64,000 nt of DNA. Origin: Octopus bimaculoides. Its lineage: Eukaryota. Numbering within the stretch: the stretch's first letter is position 1; each line of letters opens with the position of its first letter. The position numbers and the translations under genes were made by a program. Location: contig NC_068995.1 in the NCBI RefSeq assembly GCF_001194135.2, forward strand, positions 54,132,846-54,196,845, written 5' to 3'. Positions 55,172 through 64,000 of this stretch are shown here, piece by piece. The notes beneath the pieces were generated by a model. That model saw only the letters and a program-made list of their open reading frames with translations, did no database searches and was not told the DNA's origin.

Positions 55172-55640
55172 TATGCGAGGTGAAGTCAAAAACTACCCGA
55201 CCTTTGGTAAAAAAACAAGTACTATTAAAAATCTAATCATTTTCATTTAGTCATCCTCAAAGTATTCATCTTAGGAGCCTACACAATTTTGCCAGCGTTC
55301 TTGCCATTGCTGGAAACATTTCTGGAAATCACTTTTGGTGATGTTGTAGAGCTGTAAGTCAAATTTTGCTTAATGTCCTCTGTTGACTGAAATCTGTTTC
55401 CTTTGAATCTTTTCTTGAGCTTTGGAAATAGCTACAAATCACATGGTGCCAAGTGTGAGGTGGAGGAATCCTGACGAACAAGTGGTGTCTTTTGCTTGAT
55501 GAAGAATGCTTGGACGACGTAAGCGGAATGAGAGGGTGCGTTGTCATGGTGGAGTTGCCAGTTTTTTGTTCCCCACAGGCCGGGTCGTTTTTGCCGCACA
55601 GCCACGAATGCGACAAAGCCCCAGGTACCATTCTTTGTTA
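55172..55640 (-). mobile_element. Mariner transposase fossil: C-terminal catalytic half plus putative right terminus
   Basis: Minus-strand translation NKEWYL...VRQKRPGLWGTKNWQLHHDNAPSH...SHLAPCDL*LFPKLKKRFKGNRFQSTEDIK...DFQKCFQQWQERWQNCVGS*DEYFEDD* carries decayed mariner HDNA and YSPDLAP-type motifs. tatgcgaggtgaagtcaaaaa at 55172 resembles a mariner TIR end. Confidence 0.9.
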
Positions 55641-56099
55641 ATTTCTATGGAAAATACATGTAGTTTCAAGAAAGCCGTGTAATTTCAAACATCTACACAA
55701 GCTGCATTCTTCCAGTACGAAAGTCTTCACGAATACATAATTCAGTATATGGTAATATGTTACACGAAATGTATAATAACTCTAGAAAGTAATGATGATT
55801 TAAACAAATAAAACCTAGTGCTTCTGTCGTAAATTCTTTAAATATACAATATTGAAAACAGTTATCACAAAATAATCATGGTTATCAATGTGTACATTCA
55901 TTACTTACATGTCTATATTTATTTAAACATACAAACTAACCACCACACAAACTAACCCCCACAGAAACACACATGCACACATACACATTATAATCAAACC
56001 ATTTCCAATTTTACAGGTAACACCCATCGAAATCAAACCATAAGCAAAACAAATTTCGATCATCGTTGATGCAAATTATTATCTTATACCAAGTTATCA

Positions 56100-56400
56100 T
56101 TCTTCCTATCAAAACAAAATATATTTACGTATTAATGTGGATGATATTCTGATAGAATTCGGTTAAACAAGCAGATCACACTATGTAACAATAAAACAGA
56201 TACAAATCTATTGTTAACTTTACAGGTGGCTGCCAATTTACATCTAATATCAAAATTCTACCTGAAAAAGCATTTAAATACTATTAGAAACGGATTACTC
56301 TTTATACTAGGAACTCCGCTTCTAAACTCTGGAAACAGTTTTTCCAAGTTTGTTATAGATTAGATGTAATTATTACGACTGTTGTTCATTATTTTTACAC
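56100..56400 (+). mobile_element. Possible very degraded PLE RT fragment
   Basis: KIYLRINVDDILI, then after a frameshift SNIKILPEKA and LDVIIT, in the order of RYVDD / HPNIKFT.EK / FLDV. Weak. Confidence 0.3.
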
Positions 56401-56409
56401 GAAACTAAG

Positions 56410-56590
56410 ATGGCAAGGCAACAAAATCGTTACCACGCCGGACACAATGCTTAGGGCTTTCCTATGGTTTTTACGTTCTGATATGAAAAATCTCCGAGGT
56501 TGACTTCCTTTCCTCTTTCCGAAAGAATTTGAGTGCTGAGATCGATATAATCCAATATTTTCCTCTACAAAGTTTCAGGCTTTGTGTCCA
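56410..56590 (+). mobile_element. Degenerate type B SINE
   Basis: aaaatcgttaccacgccggacacaatgcttag...ttacgttctga...ccgaggttgacttcctttc...agtttcaggctttgtg. Confidence 0.7.
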
Positions 56591-56938
56591 TGTGATTTAC
56601 TCAAGGATGAGAAAATTCTGTACCTTCTGAGACATATTTCCACCGATTCATTTTAGCCGTTTTCGTTTAGAAACGAAAATTTGTTACTAGTGTCTTAGCC
56701 AGGTAGTACATTTCAGCATATCTTTCGATAATAATATTCGGATAACCATACCACATATCCACCAATGACATTCTGTACGCATGCTTCATACTAAATTGAA
56801 CTGGACGTCTATTATATAATTGTAAAACATATGTAATATAGAAATATATAACTGACGATTAAATTTATCTGTATGTTAAATACATATATGTGCATGCATT
56901 TACGTGTGTGAACGTGTTCTTACTTCTCTCTATTTCTC

Positions 56939-57002
<64 letters not shown>

Positions 57003-57724
57003 GTCATGCATACATAATATACACACGCATATATGCACACGAACACACACANNNNNNNNNNNNNNNNNNNNNNNNNNNNNNNNNNNNNNNNNNNNNNNNN
57101 NNNNNNNNNNNNNNNNNNNNNNNNNNNNNNNNNNNNNNNNNNNNNNNNNNNNNNNNNNNNNNNNNNNNNNNNNNNNNNNNNNNNNNNNNNNNNNNNNNNN
57201 NNNNNNNNNNNNNNNNNNNNNNNNNNNNNNAAAAAAAAAATTATATGTTTTCCTAATACATATAATCATACTTGTTAAAATTATGTACAAAATATGAATC
57301 TAAATCAATAGGAAAATTAAGCTAATTACGCTCATCGAAGAGGCCTAATCACTAACGCAACAGATAACTGTTTAATAATAGTATTTAAAGTCAACACTCT
57401 GGCGTCAAAAGAAAATATTTATACATATTAACCGTAGAAATTTTTTCATGGCATTGAATTCAATTACTATCTTCTTTCTATCTTGAGAAATATGAAGGTA
57501 ATGCTTTAATACTGTGTACGGAATCACTAATATGATATGTTTGTAAGGAAATTAAAGACATTATAATGTAAATGTCTGGTTTGATACATTTTTCTTTTTA
57601 ACAAACACATAATCTTTAATATTTTACTTATTAAAGCTAGCGTCACTTTTGTGGAACCGTCATAAATATTTTATATTCAATCGAACGGACGCTAGATTTT
57701 AATTTTTTAAAGACTGAAACATTT

Positions 57725-57830
57725 TTCCATCGGTTCCGCATGCCACCCCATTCAGTTATGGTGACCAACACCGGTTGTAAAGTGGCAGTGGGCAAACATA
57801 GTGACAAATAAAGAAACAGGCGCGCACACG
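57725..57830 (-). mobile_element. Short central fragment of type A SINE
   Basis: accaacaccggttgtaaagtggcagtgggcaaaca matches the module at 18645-18685. Confidence 0.55.
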
Positions 57831-58175
57831 CACACATATACACACTCACACATACACACGTGCAAACATACACACAAACACACACACGCAGCAGACATAC
57901 AGGGCCTGGAGAAGAGGCTCTGTTCTTTCCGATTCCTTCTTCCCTTCGTTTATTTTATTTTACGCATTTGTATTCACTCTGATGAAGGGCCATGTACGAG
58001 ATCGAATGTCCTATAAAGAAGACGAATATTATTTTGGAAATTCTTCCGTGAGAACCGACTTTCACTGGAAGCGGAAACGGCAGTAAGAATCGTTATCTCA
58101 TAGAAATGATCTGTGAATAATTGGTGACGTCAGGTGCCCATGTATGCATGTATGTCTGTATATATATATATATAT

Positions 58176-58223
<48 letters not shown>

Positions 58224-58817
58224 NNNNNNNNNNNNNNNNNNNNNNNNNNNNNNNNNNNNNNNNNNNNNNNNNNNNNNNNNNNNNNNNNNNNNNNNNNNNN
58301 NNNNNNNNNNNNNNNNNNNNNNNNNNNNNNNNNNNNNNNNNNNNNNNNNNNNNNNNNNNNNNNNNNNNNNNNNNNNNNNNNNNNNNNNNNNNNNNNNNNN
58401 NNNNNNNNNNNNNNNNNNNNNNNNNNNNNNNNNNNNNNNNNNNNNNNNNNNNNNNNNNNNNNNNNNNNNNNNNNNNNNNNNNNNNNNNNNNNNNNNNNNN
58501 NNNNNNNNNNNNNNNNNNNNNNNNNNNNNNNNNNNNNNNNNNNNNNNNNNNNNNNNNNNNNNNNNNNNNNNNNNNNNNNNNNNNNNNNNNNNNNNNNNNN
58601 NNNNNNNNNNNNNNNNNNNNNNNNNNNNNNNNNNNNNNNNNNNNNNNNNNNNNNNNNNNNNNNNNNNNNNNNNNNNNNNNNNNNNNNNNNNNNNNNNNNN
58701 NNNNNNNNNNNNNNNNNNNNNNNNNNNNNNNNNNNNNNNNNNNNNNNNNNNNNNNNNNNNNNNNNNNNNNNNNNNNNNNNNNNNNNNNNNNNNNNNNNNN
58801 NNNATATATATAGATAT

Positions 58818-58819
<2 letters not shown>

Positions 58820-58878
<59 letters not shown>

Positions 58879-58903
58879 AAGATAGATAGATAGATAGATA
58901 GAT
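58820..58903. repeat. (GATA)n microsatellite beside N gap
   Basis: Directly visible. Confidence 0.95.
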
Positions 58904-59062
58904 AGGTAAGCATATGAGTAACATATTTGTCTATATTTGATCTGCTCATAATATTTAAATTCATATTATTTCCGAAAATATAATCATTTGTACACAGCTG
59001 TTTAAAACACAAGCATGGTAACGAGAGAGGCAATATCAAACATACTGCCAAACGATATCACT

Positions 59063-59110
59063 CTTATTTTTAATAATACTTATTTTTAATAATACTTATT
59101 TTTAATAATT
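59063..59110. repeat. 16-bp tandem x3 (cttatttttaataata)
   Basis: Directly visible. Confidence 0.9.
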
Positions 59111-59901
59111 CATGTAAGTGTGTGTGTATGAGTGTGTGTATGTGTGTGTAATCAACATTGAATAAATGGAACAACGTAGTAAATGTGTAAACCCCAAAAA
59201 CTGAAGTTTTTCTCCTGACAACGATAATCAATTCTGCCATTTATTCTAATGATATATACTAGAAGATCGATTTTTTTTTTTACATTTGTTTGATAATTTT
59301 TAGCCTTAAACAATTGCATGTGTGTTTCAAAAATCGTTTGAATGATCTATGAAATAGTTCTTCTAATCGAAATTATTAAACAAAAATATAAAGGAAGTGT
59401 TTCAATAACGACATAAAATGTACAGAGGAGCCTTCTGACGAAAGTTTCACTAAATATTGAATTACATCAAAAAGTATTTGTACTCGAGTAAAATTCTTGA
59501 GAAGTGACAATGAGAACCTTAACATGACGTAGAAGTTTAACGACGCATCTGTAGGACACAATGCAAGGCAGAATAGAATGTGAATAAATGTTTGTCGGAT
59601 TTTTTTAAAAACTAAAGTAATGCATTAGATGTTTGCACACCTGTCAGGAAGATGTCTATGATCAGTAATCATAATAGGAAACATTTAAAAACTCATGTTC
59701 TTTGAAAGAACTAAAAAAGGCTTAAAGAAAATTGAGATGCTTCAGTAGTACACAACATACAAAAGATGACATGATAACTAGATCGATGAGGTGAACTTAG
59801 AGATAGACATTAAGTACAATACTGAAATATTAAAGTAAATGTTTATATTTGATGAGGGGCAAATATCGATTGTGAGCGATGTTGTTTTATACGTACTACC
59901 A

Positions 59902-59973
59902 ATGATATAGTTAATACTATGATATAGTTAATACTATGATATAGTTAATACTATGATATAGTTAATACTATGA
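59902..59973. repeat. Perfect 17-bp tandem x4 (atgatatagttaatact)
   Basis: Directly visible. Confidence 0.95.
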
Positions 59974-60372
59974 AGAATACTGTTAACAAAATGGCCGATA
60001 CTGCTACAAGTATGAGGAAATTGTTTAAAATATTAATATATCTATTATCAATGATATTGTTAAATCTGCGTTTGACGTTGAAATATCTTTTGTTTCATGT
60101 ATGCGCCATAATCATATAAACATGCTTTATAATTGTGAAAAATATGAGTGATATTTTTTTAAAAAATGAGAGTGATATTGTTTGGCAGTGAGTTTGATAT
60201 TGATAATATATACTTTATTTAGAAACAATATCCAACAATGAGTAGTATTATCAACACAACCAATGACGCTCTTGAGCTTCCGTATATTGCACAGAATGAG
60301 AGGCATTCTTTAATATATGTGAGATTTATAAGTATTTGTAAAGTGGATAGGGAGAATAATATATGTTCATTC

Positions 60373-60426
<54 letters not shown>

Positions 60427-60842
60427 ATATTCTTATTTAGAACAATAGTTATCTTACAGTCGTCACAAGTTTGTTAGCATTAGTGTTGGCTACCATTGTT
60501 GATTTCTATTTTAATTAAATAAATAACAGCGTACGATAGAAATTCACATTTTTGTATCCCAAATAGTAAGCGTTCGTAACGTTAATGGTGCAGATGTTTA
60601 AACAAAATTATTGTTTAGGAAACAAGTCTAATGCTTTCCTGTCCATTCTTTATTTTTGCCACGTTTCTACGCAATTTCAAGAATGAACAGTTTCCCTATT
60701 TTGCAGCTTCTGTACTGAAACTTAAATGGCAGGTGAATCTGTTATACACTTGAACAAATTGCTATTTTGGGAGAGAAGTAATATGGGCACATATGGAACA
60801 TTGCGATCGTAAATGTCGTATACAATATATTATGTATTTGCT

Positions 60843-61176
60843 ATCTTTTAATTGTTTCGCTCATTAGATTGCAACCACGTTTGGACATCGCCTTGAAAAA
60901 CTTCCAGTCGAATGATTCTCACGCCAGAACTTATTTTTTTAAAGTCTGTTACTTATTCTATCGGTCACGTTTTTCGAACCCTTAAGTTACGAGGACAAGC
61001 ACAGACAAAAAGATACACACACGCGCACGCGCGCGCACACATCCAAGTACACTCACAAGACTTTGGTAGGTCCGAGGTTATAGTAGAAGACACTTGCCCG
61101 TGGTAGGATGCAGTGCCACTGAACCTAGAACCTTGTGTTTGGGAAACAAAATTCTTACCAGACAGCCATGCCTGCG
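60843..61176 (-). mobile_element. Composite type A SINE (tRNA head, CORE-like block, tail), internally deleted
   Basis: actcacaagactttggtaggtccgaggttatagtagaagacacttgccc...actgaacctagaacc...ttcttaccagacagccatgcctgcg. The cacttgcccaagg-type block resembles the CORE domain. Confidence 0.85.
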
Positions 61177-63295
61177 GCTACTATAATATATTTTATCAGA
61201 ATGCTTTGTATAAAATTATGCGGAAATGAATAAAATCATTATTTGTGATTTAGCCTCAAGTCTTCTCTTATCTATTTGACCGATGACCAGCCTGGTGTTT
61301 ACGGCTGGAAGTGACGTTAACGTATATCAAAAGATAATTAAGAATTTTACTATTTGCGTTACTGTACTCTCTCTATACTGTGGTTCAAAGGTGCACTATA
61401 TTTGGCGTTGAACAACTGCTCTACCAATCTATTCTGAAGCAGAAATTTCCGAAACAATGTAAATTTGATTTGAATCGATTTTTATAACGCTAACACTTAC
61501 TGCCGCATTAAATTTCTATTGATGCAACCACAACGACGTTCAAAACACCTGTCTTGTGTTGTGTATTATATTTCATCGCAGTTGGTAAAGAATAAGGCCG
61601 TTGGTCACAAGTTTACATCTGTCCAGACTCTACTTCAGAACAAATATTGAGGACTTACCAGTGCATGTGTTTGTGTGTGTAGGTGTGTGGCTGTGTATAG
61701 TTCTGAATGTGCGCGTGCGTGTTTGTAATTAAATATTCCCTATTTAAATAGTGATTAACAAACTCTAAAATATCAGTTTGAAAACTGCTTTTAAGCGAGG
61801 CACTCTTACCAGAGTCACATTTTGTAAATCCATAAACATTTAATTATTAAAGTGGAAAAACTTCTGGAAAGCTATTTGTATTCATTTTTTGAAATATAAG
61901 ATCTTTTCTGTTTGGCTACCAATTTTCAATCACTTCCATTCCTACTCGAATTGATTTCATATTCGGTGTAATGATATGGTTTTATATGCTAATCATTGCT
62001 CTGAGATTCATTTTCGTAATAAATCAATAAATAAAATGGTATTAGTGTTTAAAGTTTGCAAATTTTACCCAATCGTAATCCACAAACGCATTCATCCCAG
62101 TTTCCGTCTTAACAAGCGAAACATGAGAACTGAAGGAAATAGGTATTTACAAATATTTTCCTCTTGCTGAGGTTGTCGTGCTAAAAATAACAACCAAATA
62201 GACCTTAAATACTGTGTGTAGAATACAAATTCGCAAACGTTGTCTGAAAATTGTTTAAGTTATGGAATGTTAAATGGCATGCGTAAAACAGAATTTCATT
62301 TGTTTACATTTGGCAACACGTGCTGTCACGCAAAAAATGACAGCTTCCAAATCTTGTTTTCTGAGAGGATGGAAATTATCAAACTTTAAACCTCTATAGC
62401 TCTTTAAAAATGTTTTCTGGGAAAAGAGAAATATCTCCCGAGCTTCAGTTTGCAGAGCGACATTAATATACCAAATTTAAAAATTTTNNNNNNNNNNNNN
62501 NNNNNNNNNNNNNNNNNNNNNNNNNNNNNNNNNNNNNNNNNNNNNNNNNNNNNNNNNNNNNNNNNNNNNNNNNNNNNNNNNNNNNNNNNNNNNNNNNNNN
62601 NNNNNNNNNNNNNNNNNNNNNNNNNNNNNNNNNNNNNNNNNNNNNNNNNNNNNNNNNNNNNNNNNNNNNNNNNNNNNNNNNNNNNNNNNNNNNNNNNNNN
62701 NNNNNNNNNNNNNNNNNNNNNNNNNNNNNNNNNNNNNNNNNNNNNNNNNNNNNNNNNNNNNNNNNNNNNNNNNNNNNNNNNNNNNNNNNNNNNNNNNNNN
62801 NNNNNNNNNNNNNNNNNNNNNNNNNNNNNNNNNNNNNNNNNNNNNNNNNNNNNNNNNNNNNNNNNNNNNNNNNNNNNNNNNNNNNNNNNNNNNNNNNNNN
62901 NNNNNNNNNNNNNNNNNNNNNNNNNNNNNNNNNNNNNNNNNNNNNNNNNNNNNNNNNNNNNNNNNNNNNNNNNNNNNNNNNNNNNNNNNNNNNNNNNNNN
63001 NNNNNNNNNNNNNNNNNNNNNNNNNNNNNNNNNNNNNNNNNNNNNNNNNNNNNNNNNNNNNNNNNNNNNNNNNNNNNNNNNNNNNNNNNNNNNNNNNNNN
63101 NNNNNNNNNNNNNNNNNNNNNNNNNNNNNNNNNNNNNNNNNNNNNNNNNNNNNNNNNNNNNNNNNNNNNNNNNNNNNNNNNNNNNNNNNNNNNNNNNNNN
63201 NNNNNNNNNNNNNNNNNNNNNNNNNNNNNNNNNNNNNNNNNNNNNNNNNNNNNNNNNNNNNNNNNNNNNNNNNNNNNNNNNNNNNNNNNNNNNNN

Positions 63296-63333
<38 letters not shown>

Positions 63334-64000
63334 CTCATACATGTATTAAAATATATATATGGACCCATACATGCATATACACATACGCATATATATATAT
63401 ATTATGCATGTATATATAATGTTATGTATATAACACAAACACAAACACATATCTATACCCATGTGTGTGTTTGCATTTGCAATGAGTACACTTACTTGTG
63501 TAAGTATTATTTTAGCACTTGCTGTGAATTAAAAAAATAAACAAGCAAAAATGCTCATATCATTGGATGGGATTAAAGGAAGTTAAACTGATGCTTCTAT
63601 TAGTTACAAAGGCAATGTTTTATTATCCTTGAGCTTACTGAGAGTAAATTTACAGCGATATTGAGTTTGCCAACATTACAGCAAAGCTATAGAATTTACG
63701 ACGTAATCAATGTGTCTAATAAAGTTGAGCCTAGAAATTTCCATTCGACATTCGATCTTCCAAGAATTGTTTTTTAGTATCACAATCGTAAATCAAGTTT
63801 AACAAATTGTGATCCTGGTTTTAAATTAATCATAGAAAAATGCAAAAAGCTTGTTTTATAGGGGGTAGTGAAACATCAGAAAAGATCTATTTTTCCTTAA
63901 TATAGTTTAGATGACGTAACAATGTAATGGTGACCAAAACAAAAAGCTAATTTCATGTGAAGTCAACAGTTTGCATAGTAATTCATGATGAGAAACTAGG

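Noticed and set aside
57975-58012. Hammerhead-like CTGATGA motifs (also 40176-40205, 52459-52485 and the inverse at 16240-16265)
   Set aside because: None has a paired helix II followed by GAAA plus helices I and III. At best these are decayed PLE termini.

Overview
AT-rich, repeat-dense eukaryotic DNA from a gapped assembly: 12 N-runs totalling about 5.0 kb, nearly all abutting (TA)n, (GA)n or (CA)n tracts. The recurring tRNA-derived SINEs match families I recognise from octopus genomes, so the source is inferred to be an octopod cephalopod. I cannot support any host protein-coding exon, intact RNA gene or CRISPR array. The long ORFs in the track are microsatellite or N-gap artefacts, or transposon fossils. 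Supported content: about 17 SINE copies or fragments of two modular types (two same-strand triplets, two chimeras); two RTE-clade LINE fossils; three to four Penelope-like element (PLE) fossils of different lineages; a mariner transposase fossil; a mariner-derived MITE; a long-TIR foldback element with an internal 25-bp tandem; and many micro- and minisatellites. The most unusual observation is a 67-nt insert, about 49 nt of which matches conserved 28S rRNA, sitting antisense inside an RTE endonuclease fossil. I found no evidence for a new multi-gene system. All family assignments come from motif recognition by eye and need database confirmation. TE boundaries are approximate.
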